DNA from: a virus
Taxonomy: Duplodnaviria > Caudoviricetes
IMG/VR virus record: IMGVR_UViG_3300020045_010359
Span: 1 to 60,567 of that record
Reading direction: 5' to 3' (one strand)
DNA: 60,567 bases
Below the pieces are notes generated by a model that saw nothing but the letters and a program-made list of their open reading frames with translations, was not told the origin of the DNA and ran no database searches. The translations under genes were made by a program, and so were the position numbers. Below are positions 9,224 to 17,426 of the stretch, piece by piece. Position 1 is the stretch's first letter; every line of letters starts with the position of its first letter.

Positions 9224-9912
9224 GTTCCCAGTGCTTCTTTGAAAGTTTGTAATAATAATTTACGATCCCCTTCATCCTTCACTTCATCCGGGACAATGGT
9301 TTTGCCTGATTCGGCATCCGGTTGTCTGGTTTTAAAATAAGTATCCAGTGATTTTACATATTGCTCAATACGAGTGATTTCATCATCCGTACATTTGCCG
9401 TGTTTTAGTGCGTAGTCAATGCGATCAAAATAAGCCTCCATGTCATCCAGTGACTTGAACCCCATGATGGGCGTAAACTCATTTGCTCCGTGGCCCTGAA
9501 GGGAAGATCCCTCATAAAGCTTAATTTCAGTCAGCTTTGTAAAGCCTTCCGCTTTTTCTTTTTTGAGTGTTTTGAATCCGATTGAGTGCTCAGTAATTGC
9601 CCCAGCCTTAACCATTTTCCAGAAATCAACTCCGGCAGACCAATCACCAGCTTTTGATTCGTAGTAAAGTCCGTAATCGTCTTCTTTGAGTACAGTGAAA
9701 ACCCCGACAGATTTTGTATTGTCGTGGTCAAGGAAATGTTTAATTCTTCTTCTTCCGTTTGGCCCCCAGTCTTCAATGGTTCTTTTGAAGGCTCCCGGCA
9801 TGATCATATCGCCGTCAGAATCAATGTTACCAAAAGCTGAAAGGTAGCCAGACACCATCCCCTCTTCCTTATCCACAACATCCAATGCCTGGCTAATACT
9901 TTTGTATTCCAT
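9199..9912 (-). CDS. Prohead protease (HK97/S78 family)
   Basis: SGYLSAFGNIDSDGD..PGAF, HD, EDDYGL, SIGF motifs; start reassigned to MEYKS (9912) downstream of a promoter. Confidence 0.92.
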   Translation of the reverse strand: MEYKSISQALDVVDKEEGMVSGYLSAFGNIDSDGDMIMPGAFKRTIEDWGPNGRRRIKHFLDHDNTKSVGVFTVLKEDDYGLYYESKAGDWSAGVDFWKMVKAGAITEHSIGFKTLKKEKAEGFTKLTEIKLYEGSSLQGHGANEFTPIMGFKSLDDMEAYFDRIDYALKHGKCTDDEITRIEQYVKSLDTYFKTRQPDAESGKTIVPDEVKDEGDRKLLLQTFKEALGTWQVKQNC

Positions 9913-9947
9913 TTCCCCTCTATCTACTACACGTTTCTCTACAAAAG

Positions 9948-9978
9948 CAAATATAATGTAAAAAATATATATTGCAAA
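9948..9978 (-). promoter_or_regulatory. Bacteroidota-type primary-sigma promoter for head operon
   Basis: Minus strand TTTG-19 nt-TATATTTG matches the -33/-7 TTTG/TAnnTTTG consensus. Confidence 0.7.
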
Positions 9979-10045
9979 TTTTATATAGTAATTATTATTT
10001 ATATTGTCGATTAAGGCGCAAAATAGGTTAAAATATATTGACTTT

Positions 10046-10079
10046 TTTGTGTAGTATTTCGAAAGTTTTTGTATGTTTG
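10046..10079 (+). promoter_or_regulatory. Divergent Bacteroidota-type promoter for KilA-N cassette
   Basis: TATGTTTG at 10072-10079 with TTTG 22 nt upstream (slightly long spacer). Confidence 0.5.
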
Positions 10080-10091
10080 TGGGGTAGATAG

Positions 10092-10186
10092 TGGTGTGGA
10101 CGAAGTGAGGTTCATCGACACCATTCAATGAATGGAAATTCATGAAAAGCCGGATCAACCTCACTTGATTCGGCTTTTCTGTTTTT
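10092..10186 (+). ncRNA. Structured 5' leader: two hairpins with complementary loops, the second terminator-like
   Basis: TGGTGTGGACGAA-GTGAGG-TTCATCGACACCA and GAAAAGCCGGATCAA-CCTCAC-TTGATTCGGCTTTTC followed by TGTTTTT. Confidence 0.55.
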
Positions 10187-10197
10187 AACACTTCATC

Positions 10198-10920
10198 ATG
10201 AAAACAAACATCACATTAGCCAGTTCAAGCCGCGAACTATTCGGAGTAACAATTCGGCAGGAAACTAAAACCGGATTTTTAAATCTTTCAGACTTGATAT
10301 TGGCAGAAGCAAAAGGGAGGTCAATTTACGGATGGTCTCATAAAGGTCAATTGCAAGATATAGTAAACCAGAAGGAGAATTCGGAAAGGATATATTATGT
10401 ACTTCATGAGACAGGAAAGATAAATTCAGACTTCTCTGAATTTATGAAAAATGTACATTCCAACGGAATGATTAAAACTTTAAAAAACATCAATTGCTAC
10501 AGAGCGTCTGGAAGAGCTAACAATAAAACTGTCTGGTGTGACCCTTATTTATGGGTTCTCATTTGCATGGAAACGAATCCCATGCTGTACGGAAAGACAG
10601 TTGTATGGCTAACCGATCGATTGGTATTTAATCGCATTGAGGCAGGTGACTTCTATAAAGAATTATCCCGGTCGATTTCGAAGTTTAAAGATGTGGATTA
10701 CGGAGCCTTGGCGAAAGCATTGAATTACGTCATTTTCGGAAAACATGAAACTGGAATACGCAATACAGGAACGGAAGTTCAATTGAAAGAACTTCGCGAT
10801 CTGGAGTTAAATCTCTCCTTCGCCATTGATTCAGGTTTAATTAAAACGTTTGCCGACCTAATAGAGCACCTTCGCTTACTTTGGAGCAGGAAAAATAATC
10901 CAATCGCTTTAAGAGCTTAA
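10198..10920 (+). CDS. KilA-N domain DNA-binding protein
   Basis: GVTIRQ..TGFLNLSDL and GR....VWCDPY motifs; C-terminal ALNYVIFG...RN..T..QL..L domain. Confidence 0.8.
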   Translation: MKTNITLASSSRELFGVTIRQETKTGFLNLSDLILAEAKGRSIYGWSHKGQLQDIVNQKENSERIYYVLHETGKINSDFSEFMKNVHSNGMIKTLKNINCYRASGRANNKTVWCDPYLWVLICMETNPMLYGKTVVWLTDRLVFNRIEAGDFYKELSRSISKFKDVDYGALAKALNYVIFGKHETGIRNTGTEVQLKELRDLELNLSFAIDSGLIKTFADLIEHLRLLWSRKNNPIALRA

Positions 10921-10922
10921 TT

Positions 10923-11156
10923 ATGAAACCAGTAACCTTCCCCGGCGTAAATGTGATCATTGCCAAAGATCAACCAGAATACCTACCATTACCTGCAATA
11001 GTTCTTGAAGGTGGTGAAGTGATCACTTGCTGGGAATTATCCGACGAAGAACTTTTACAACTGATCGACACTAAAAGAATTTATCTATCACAACTGACTT
11101 TCAGTTCGCCATTACAACCGATTCTTCCATCGGTAAATTTGGAAGATTACTTTTAA
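10923..11156 (+). CDS. Conserved phage hypothetical protein
   Basis: MKPV.FPGVN...KDQPEYLPLPA...TCWELS.EE pattern typical of a small phage family. Confidence 0.7.
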   Translation: MKPVTFPGVNVIIAKDQPEYLPLPAIVLEGGEVITCWELSDEELLQLIDTKRIYLSQLTFSSPLQPILPSVNLEDYF

Positions 11157-11168
11157 CAACTAAAACAA

Positions 11169-11390
11169 ATGAGTGAAACAACACAAACATTTGGACAAAA
11201 AGCAGTAGGCCTATCTTTTAATCCATCTGGCGATGATGAAGTAGGTAAAGCAAAACAGATTTTTGCGAACGCCATTGATCAGTTAAATGATCTTCGACAA
11301 AGTACACTAAATGGTGAAGTGAAGCGAATGTGCTCGGTTGCCATTACGGAGGCGCAGACCGCACAGACGAACAAAGTTTTGATCTTCTAA
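11169..11390 (+). CDS. Acb2/Tad1-like cyclic-nucleotide sponge, C-terminally truncated
   Basis: FGQKAVGLSFNPSG...KRMCSVAITEAQTAQ; the expected MWAVKA ending is absent. Confidence 0.55.
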   Translation: MSETTQTFGQKAVGLSFNPSGDDEVGKAKQIFANAIDQLNDLRQSTLNGEVKRMCSVAITEAQTAQTNKVLIF

Positions 11391-11863
11391 AGGCAGGAAA
11401 AGCATCTAAGTCTTTTTTAAGTGACCAAAAGGTAAGCCTTGAAACTTTCACCAATGAACAAAAGGTCGCCGAACAGAAGCGTACCGAAGAATCTTTGAAA
11501 GAACAAATCCGTCAGTGGAGTCCTATCGTGGATGGGGCGTTAACGGATACGATTGATTTCAAGGGTACAGATTGGGAGTTCAAGTACAACTTACCACAAG
11601 GCCACAAAGAGATGATGAGAGACACCCTTTTACAGAGTGCCATTCAGAATCCTAAAATTGATCTCACGGTAGCCAGAAAAGGACTTGCTTACTTTATGTA
11701 TGGCGATAAAATCCTCGAAAGCGCTGTGAAGGATATGCAAGCCCGAACTTTAGAAAGTGCAAAAAAACAAAGTCTGGCGGTCGAAACAAAAGAATCCCCG
11801 ACCACGCCTACTGTTAATCTAAGAGACACTTTGATTAAAGCGATGCAGACCGGGAAACGTTAA
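11367..11863 (+). CDS. 3' fragment of a phage protein (possible capsid scaffold-like protein)
   Basis: Open helical frame without a credible start; begins where the Acb2-like similarity stops. Confidence 0.4.
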
Positions 11864-11880
11864 CTATTAAAAATTTAAAA

Positions 11881-12348
11881 GGTTTTAATAGTGAAAACGC
11901 ATCTATTATAAAGAGTATTAATCATAAAAAAATAAATTTGATTAGTGTTTTATTAATTGAATTTGTTAAGAATTTTTCATTTAATGTGCTTGCGAGTACA
12001 GTGTTATTTACTTTATTTGCAAAATGCAATGTTTTTAAAATTTATACAACAATTGCTGTAACAAAAGAATACAATAATGCAAATTTTGTTAAAAAATTAG
12101 ATATATATTTGCATATTTATTCTTGGTTATTAGCTTTAATTGACGATTATGTTATTAGAGATATTTCTGTCACTTTATTAGATGAAAGTTTGGTTATTGA
12201 AATACCAGCTGCAAACTCTGAAAATTTATATTTATTATTTGATGAAAATAATTATATTATAAATTTGAATACTTATTTAAACAATAAAGGTGTAAATAGT
12301 ATGTATATTACAAAAGATAAACCGTTAACTTTAAGAATAGATTTATAA
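11881..12348 (+). CDS. Hypothetical protein, probably 5'-truncated
   Basis: Frame is open upstream of the TTG at 11938; TAATG coupling to the ligase gene. Confidence 0.5.
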   Translation, partial: GFNSENASIIKSINHKKINLISVLLIEFVKNFSFNVLASTVLFTLFAKCNVFKIYTTIAVTKEYNNANFVKKLDIYLHIYSWLLALIDDYVIRDISVTLLDESLVIEIPAANSENLYLLFDENNYIINLNTYLNNKGVNSMYITKDKPLTLRIDL

Positions 12349-13472
12349 TGGAAAATAATTTAGTACAATTGGTGACAGTAAAAGAACTATTGCCAATTTT
12401 TACTTTAAAAACAAATGAAGAAGCCAATGCTATTCAATTATTAAAATGTGAAGAACATGATTTTGATATTATTGTTGGTAAAGGTTTATATAACATTGGA
12501 GATAAATTATTATATATTTTACCAGATTCAAACTTAAAACCTGGTCACGATTATTTAAGTCAATATATTAATCCTACAAACAAAGATGGGCAAACAATTT
12601 CTTCAAAACTTGGGAAAAACAATCGTGTAAAAGCAATTGGTTTTAATTTTCATAAAGGAGATTTTAATAAACTTTATTCTAATGGAATAGTTTGTCCAAA
12701 TGATTTAACTGTTGTAGATTTTGTTTATAAACATCAAGAAGCTGAAGAAAATAATAAATTGACTGTTGGTGGTAGAAAACCTTTTCCTTCATTTTTGTAT
12801 AAAACAGACGAAACTAATTACAAGATTGTTGCAAATTCAATTGATTATCCTGTGACATTTGTTGGAACAGTTAAAGATGATGGCAGCTCTATTACTTTAT
12901 ATAATAAAAACATGACATTTGGTATTTGCAGCAGAAATCTTGAAAAACCATTATTAATTGATAAACAAATTGGTGTTAAAAATTATTTACCTGATTTTAT
13001 TTTAAGACTTTTGCCGCATAAAATTCGCAAACATTTTTGGAAACCTATTTACCAAACAGTTACAAATAATGATGACTTTGTTAAATATGGTTCAAAGTAT
13101 ATGGATTTATTAATGTCATCATATAATAATGTTGCGTTAAGAGGTGAGCTTGTTGGTAAAACATCTTTAGGCAGTGGTAATAAAGCCAATCCAAGCAAAG
13201 ATTTAGAAACTCAAATACATTTTTATGGTTTGGATTACATAGTTGCTGGTAGGGCAGAAAAAGCACCTTTTGAAGCATTTTACGCTTTGAAAGAAAAAGG
13301 CTTTCCAATTGTTGAAGTGTTATTTAATAAAATTTTTAATTCAAAAGAAGAATTGGAAAATGAATGTTTAAGTATTTTTAATGAAAAATTTATTGAAGGA
13401 ATTGTTTTGAGAACTTTAGATTCTAAATTTTCTTGCAAATTTATGAACGATAAATACGATACGCTTAAATGA
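12348..13472 (+). CDS. ATP-dependent RNA ligase (DRB0094/Rnl2-like)
   Basis: N-terminal OB-like module, FPSFLYKTDET, motif I KDDGSS, CSRN, RGELVG, EGIV, SCK. Confidence 0.85.
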   Translation: MENNLVQLVTVKELLPIFTLKTNEEANAIQLLKCEEHDFDIIVGKGLYNIGDKLLYILPDSNLKPGHDYLSQYINPTNKDGQTISSKLGKNNRVKAIGFNFHKGDFNKLYSNGIVCPNDLTVVDFVYKHQEAEENNKLTVGGRKPFPSFLYKTDETNYKIVANSIDYPVTFVGTVKDDGSSITLYNKNMTFGICSRNLEKPLLIDKQIGVKNYLPDFILRLLPHKIRKHFWKPIYQTVTNNDDFVKYGSKYMDLLMSSYNNVALRGELVGKTSLGSGNKANPSKDLETQIHFYGLDYIVAGRAEKAPFEAFYALKEKGFPIVEVLFNKIFNSKEELENECLSIFNEKFIEGIVLRTLDSKFSCKFMNDKYDTLK

Positions 13473-13600
13473 CAATAGAAGAATTAGAAAAAGAATTGAT
13501 TATTGCTCAAAAAGAATTAGAAGTGTCAAAAAGACCAAGTTCTGCAATGTATAAAAGAGTTGCAGATTTACAAAGACAAATTGCGGCATTAACAAAATAA
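13469..13600 (+). CDS. Small coiled-coil protein (43 aa, not in ORF track)
   Basis: MTIEELEKELIIAQKELEVSK...; ATGA overlap with ligase stop. Confidence 0.6.
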   Translation: MTIEELEKELIIAQKELEVSKRPSSAMYKRVADLQRQIAALTK

Positions 13601-13618
13601 AAAAATAACTTCAATAAA

Positions 13619-14068
13619 ATGACTTTAAGTGAAAAAAAGATTCTTATGGATATTGGTGTTGTTTTTAGCAATGGAAATAAATCAACACCCTGGAATGAAC
13701 CTTTGTCTTCTTCTATTATGAATATTAATTACAAAGGTAAATTATTATTCTCTATTGGAGGAGTTATTTCAGGATGTGGATTGTTATTAGTAACAAATTA
13801 TGTTAAAAAATATACAGAAGAGGAATACATTATTATTAATTCTGTATTAAATGTTTATCAGGAAAGAGCAATAATATGTACTACTGCTGGTGCAGAATAT
13901 TGTAAAGAATTGGTATCTGAATTTTTTAATAAAACAAATTTTGAAGAAGTTTTAAATTATGTAAATATTCATCATTACAAAAGTGGTTTAAAAGATTTAC
14001 AAAGTTTTTGGATGCGAAAACATCCAAATGCAAATTTAAAAATTAAACTGAATGGAGCTGACAGTTGA
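13619..14068 (+). CDS. Hypothetical protein
   Basis: 149-aa ORF in co-oriented early cluster. Confidence 0.65.
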   Translation: MTLSEKKILMDIGVVFSNGNKSTPWNEPLSSSIMNINYKGKLLFSIGGVISGCGLLLVTNYVKKYTEEEYIIINSVLNVYQERAIICTTAGAEYCKELVSEFFNKTNFEEVLNYVNIHHYKSGLKDLQSFWMRKHPNANLKIKLNGADS

Positions 14069-14219
14069 AAAATTTAGAAAATTAAGTCCTATTGAACAAA
14101 AACAATACTTGCAAAATATTAAAGAAAAACAACAACAAAAACAAAAAGATGTTAAAATTATTGAAAATATAGTAAGAGGAAACAAAGATAGCATTTTAAA
14201 AGAAAATCGAGGAGAATGA
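14052..14219 (+). CDS. Small hypothetical protein (55 aa, not in ORF track)
   Basis: MELTVEKFRKLSPIEQKQYL...; fills gap between genes. Confidence 0.55.
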   Translation: MELTVEKFRKLSPIEQKQYLQNIKEKQQQKQKDVKIIENIVRGNKDSILKENRGE

Positions 14220-14308
14220 AAATAACAAAACGCCCAAGTTGGGGTACAATAATTATTCTTTTAACATTATTAGGGTTGGCAATTGGTGTATTTAAATGTC
14301 CAATTTAA
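14216..14308 (+). CDS. 30-aa single-TM micropeptide
   Basis: MKITKRPSWGTIIILLTLLGLAIGVFKCPI; ATGA and TAATG overlaps on the two sides. Confidence 0.5.
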   Translation: MKITKRPSWGTIIILLTLLGLAIGVFKCPI

Positions 14309-14490
14309 TGACAAAAGAAGAAATAAAAAATCAAATAAATATTTTATGGAATTTGTTAAAAGAACCTTTTGAACAAAAAGACTTTGTTGAAATGCGAAGT
14401 ATTCTTTATGATATTGAATTTTATGAATTGTTTTTAAGAAATTATGATACAAAACACTTTGAACAATGGACGAAAAACAAAAACTTATAG
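14308..14490 (+). CDS. Small hypothetical protein
   Basis: MTKEEIKNQ..., coupled start. Confidence 0.55.
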   Translation: MTKEEIKNQINILWNLLKEPFEQKDFVEMRSILYDIEFYELFLRNYDTKHFEQWTKNKNL

Positions 14491-14627
14491 ATAAAATTAT
14501 TGAACAGATAAAAGAAGATATTCAAGCTGGTGATTATGAAGCTCTTGAAGAACTTTTAAAACAAGTATATAAATATCAAAATTTTGTAAACTATCTTCCT
14601 GAAAATGAACAACAAAATTGGTTTTAA
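14466..14627 (+). CDS. Small hypothetical protein (53 aa, not in ORF track)
   Basis: MDEKQKLIDKIIEQIKEDIQAGDYEALEELL...; TAATG coupling to next gene. Confidence 0.6.
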   Translation: MDEKQKLIDKIIEQIKEDIQAGDYEALEELLKQVYKYQNFVNYLPENEQQNWF

Positions 14628-14923
14628 TGAAAGACAAAAGAGTAAATACATATGAAAAAGATGGTTTGTTGTACACAACTACAACAACTATATATAATGA
14701 TGCTGGTTGTTATTACAAATTAGAAGAAACTACTGGTGTGCCAATTGTTGGTAAAACAGTAGATGAAGCTATTGAAAAATTAAATGACCAATATATAGCT
14801 ATTGAAAAACGTTTAAACGAAGCTCTTGAAAATCATAATTTTGAATTGGTTATTCAGGATACTAAATTGTTGCAAAATATTTGGAATAATTTAAATTTTT
14901 ATAACACACAAACAAAAGGATAA
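14627..14923 (+). CDS. Hypothetical protein
   Basis: MKDKRVNTYE..., coupled start. Confidence 0.6.
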   Translation: MKDKRVNTYEKDGLLYTTTTTIYNDAGCYYKLEETTGVPIVGKTVDEAIEKLNDQYIAIEKRLNEALENHNFELVIQDTKLLQNIWNNLNFYNTQTKG

Positions 14924-14931
14924 TGATTACA

Positions 14932-14962
14932 TTGAACGGTTGGGTTTTTATAATTATATTTG
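14932..14962 (+). promoter_or_regulatory. Putative Bacteroidota promoter
   Basis: TTG-20 nt-TATATTTG upstream of the phosphoesterase start. Confidence 0.4.
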
Positions 14963-15020
14963 TTACTTCTGTTTTATTTTTAAGCAAAAATATTGTAAAT
15001 GGTTTAAAACAATTAAATAT

Positions 15021-15740
15021 ATGGCAAAAATCTTAATTATTCCAGATGTTCATGGTAAAATAAAAGAATTACAATATTTATTTAAAAATATAAAAATTAA
15101 TGATTACTATAAAATTATATTTTTAGGTGACTATTGTGATTCTTTTACTGCATCTAATGATGACATATTAAATTGTTTGAACTTTATTATAGATTTGAAA
15201 AAACAAAATAATCATATTGTTGAATTATTATTGGGAAACCATGATATTCAATATATATTCGATTATTCTTTTTGTAGAGTATCAGGATTTAGACCAGAAA
15301 TATTTTTAAGTTTAAATCAATTATTTATTGAAAATATTAAACTATTTAAAATAGTTCATGTAGAAAATAATTTTTTATTTTCACATGCTGGTTTAACAAA
15401 TAAATGGATTAAAAAAGTTATTAACATTAATAAAAAAGGCTTACCTATTTTTATTATTGAAAGAATTAATAAATTATTAGAATTTGAAGAGGGTATTGAA
15501 CTTTTAAGTGAAGCTGGTTATGTGAGAGGTGGATATAAATATAATGCACCATCTTGTTTATGGGCTGACAAAATAGAATTATTAAAAGATAAATTTAATT
15601 TTGGTGGTTTTGAAAATGTTGTTCAAGTAGTAGGACATACACCGCAAATAGGAATAACTTTTGAAAACAATATTTATTTTACAGATACAATTGGTAATTC
15701 TTTATCACCTTTAATTTTAGAACAAATTACTTATCATTAA
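15021..15740 (+). CDS. Calcineurin-like metallophosphoesterase
   Basis: DVHG, GDYCD, GNHD, SHAG, GHT motifs; start MAKILIIPDVHG. Confidence 0.9.
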   Translation: MAKILIIPDVHGKIKELQYLFKNIKINDYYKIIFLGDYCDSFTASNDDILNCLNFIIDLKKQNNHIVELLLGNHDIQYIFDYSFCRVSGFRPEIFLSLNQLFIENIKLFKIVHVENNFLFSHAGLTNKWIKKVININKKGLPIFIIERINKLLEFEEGIELLSEAGYVRGGYKYNAPSCLWADKIELLKDKFNFGGFENVVQVVGHTPQIGITFENNIYFTDTIGNSLSPLILEQITYH

Positions 15741-15763
15741 ATTCAACAAAAGATTAAAACATA

Positions 15764-16162
15764 ATGATAATATCAATTCAAAACAATTTGATAGACATTG
15801 CAAAAATATATAGAATAACTAAAATTAATTCTTTAAAAAATTATTGTGAAAATGAAAACTACCATGTTTATTGCAATTTTGAAATTTATTTCATAGGTAC
15901 AAATAAAAGTGTTAAAATAGAAATTACAGACGATATCATTAAAAAAGAAGAAATAAAAAGCTATTTAGATAATGTTTATTTAGAAATAAAAAATAAAGAT
16001 AATAATTTTAAAATAGAAGACCTTTATAATGAAGTTGATAATTCAAAAATATCTCGCGCTAATGTATTTCAAAAAATATTAGAAAACAGATTAAACAAAG
16101 TTAGAGAGCAATTACTCAGTTTATGGGTAAAAGATGATTCTATCTTAACAATAGAAATCTAA
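15764..16162 (+). CDS. Hypothetical protein
   Basis: 132-aa ORF in early cluster. Confidence 0.6.
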   Translation: MIISIQNNLIDIAKIYRITKINSLKNYCENENYHVYCNFEIYFIGTNKSVKIEITDDIIKKEEIKSYLDNVYLEIKNKDNNFKIEDLYNEVDNSKISRANVFQKILENRLNKVREQLLSLWVKDDSILTIEI

Positions 16163-16169
16163 AAATAAA

Positions 16170-16703
16170 ATGAAAGAAAATGATAAATTTTATTTATTGA
16201 CTTTTAATGAAGATTGGGCAGATGAACATAATGTTCCAGCATTAGCTTGTTTTAATGAAGAAACATTTGATTTATTTAGGAATAAAAAATTTATTTCTGA
16301 TGAAGAACTTGAAGAAAAAAAAGAAGGTCTTGAAAAATATAAACAATATTGCGAATTATGCAAAAATATTAGTGAAAAAACTAAAAATAAAATAAAAGAT
16401 TTTCCAAACGAAAGCTATTATAATGTGCAAGCAAAAATTTTAGCAGAAGAAAATCTTTCTATGAACTTTTTTTACAAAGGAGTAAAACAACCTATTCTTG
16501 ATGTTGACATTCGCGCTTATTTGGGTAATAATGGTGGTGATTTCAATGAAGAATTTCAAGATTGTTTTACAGGTCAAGATTTTATTGATAAAAAATATGT
16601 TAAAGTAATTGAAGTTGATAAATCTTTTTATGATACTTTTAATACTGCGAGTCTTTCAAGATTAAGTTTATGTTCAATTTTTCAAAATTTAAATGACGTA
16701 TAG
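16170..16703 (+). CDS. Hypothetical protein
   Basis: 177-aa acidic ORF in early cluster. Confidence 0.65.
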   Translation: MKENDKFYLLTFNEDWADEHNVPALACFNEETFDLFRNKKFISDEELEEKKEGLEKYKQYCELCKNISEKTKNKIKDFPNESYYNVQAKILAEENLSMNFFYKGVKQPILDVDIRAYLGNNGGDFNEEFQDCFTGQDFIDKKYVKVIEVDKSFYDTFNTASLSRLSLCSIFQNLNDV

Positions 16704-16705
16704 AC

Positions 16706-16891
16706 ATGCCAAAAAAAAAAGAAAATTGTGAAAAATGTAATTTTGAAGCAACTGGAGAACCAGATTTGTTTGTTAGAGGACGCATTTTTGCATCTACTAT
16801 AACAAAATTTGTTAAATGTAAAGTTTGTGGTAAAAAAGATAGAATTATTAGAAATGCCACACCGCACGAAATAGTAATAAATTCAAAATAA
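16706..16891 (+). CDS. Small zinc-ribbon protein
   Basis: CEKC...CKVC; IRNATPHEI tail. Confidence 0.6.
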   Translation: MPKKKENCEKCNFEATGEPDLFVRGRIFASTITKFVKCKVCGKKDRIIRNATPHEIVINSK

Positions 16892-16899
16892 ACAAACAA

Positions 16900-17100
16900 A
16901 TGGCATTTAATTTTTTTGCAAAATCAAAATGTAAATGTTGTAATTATGTTGGTTATAAACAAGAAGAATACACCCCTGGTAAATTTTTTGTGCCAAAAAT
17001 TACAACTTGGCAAAGATGTACTGTTTGTAAAGATATTAAAAAAACAATTAGAGATGCAACAGCAAAAGAAATAAAAGAATATGAATCTTTAATTCAATAA
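16900..17100 (+). CDS. Small zinc-ribbon protein, paralog of preceding gene
   Basis: CKCC...CTVC; IRDATAKEI tail. Confidence 0.6.
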   Translation: MAFNFFAKSKCKCCNYVGYKQEEYTPGKFFVPKITTWQRCTVCKDIKKTIRDATAKEIKEYESLIQ

Positions 17101-17105
17101 ATAAA

Positions 17106-17381
17106 ATGAGTTTAATCATAAATAAAACTGCCATTAATGGAAATTGCGTTATTAAAATTGAAAAAACAGAAATAAAAAATAAATATGAATTTGTTGAATC
17201 TGGTTTTTTATTTTATTTAATTGGTGGAGAAACTTTATTTATTAAAGATTCTGCACAAATAACAGAAGAAACATCTGACTATAATTATTGCATGTTTAAA
17301 TATATTGGACATTTATCTTTAAAAACATTAATGTGTCATTTATTAGATGATAAAAAATCTCTTGTTTTTAAAGATGAATAA
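17106..17381 (+). CDS. Hypothetical protein
   Basis: Last plus-strand ORF before terminator. Confidence 0.55.
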   Translation: MSLIINKTAINGNCVIKIEKTEIKNKYEFVESGFLFYLIGGETLFIKDSAQITEETSDYNYCMFKYIGHLSLKTLMCHLLDDKKSLVFKDE

Positions 17382-17421
17382 AAACAAAGGCTAACTTTTA
17401 TGGTTAGCCTTTTTATTTTTT
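17381..17421. terminator. Bidirectional intrinsic terminator
   Basis: AAAGGCTAAC-7 nt-GTTAGCCTTT with A/T tracts, between convergent gene blocks. Confidence 0.8.
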
Positions 17422-17426
17422 CAGAC

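Noticed and set aside
9913-10191. N-terminal extension of the prohead protease in the ORF track
   Set aside because: Region contains divergent promoters and an RNA leader; protease similarity begins at MEYKS.
14940-15020. Upstream TTG start of the metallophosphoesterase
   Set aside because: Overlaps a likely promoter; the domain starts at MAKILIIPDVHG.
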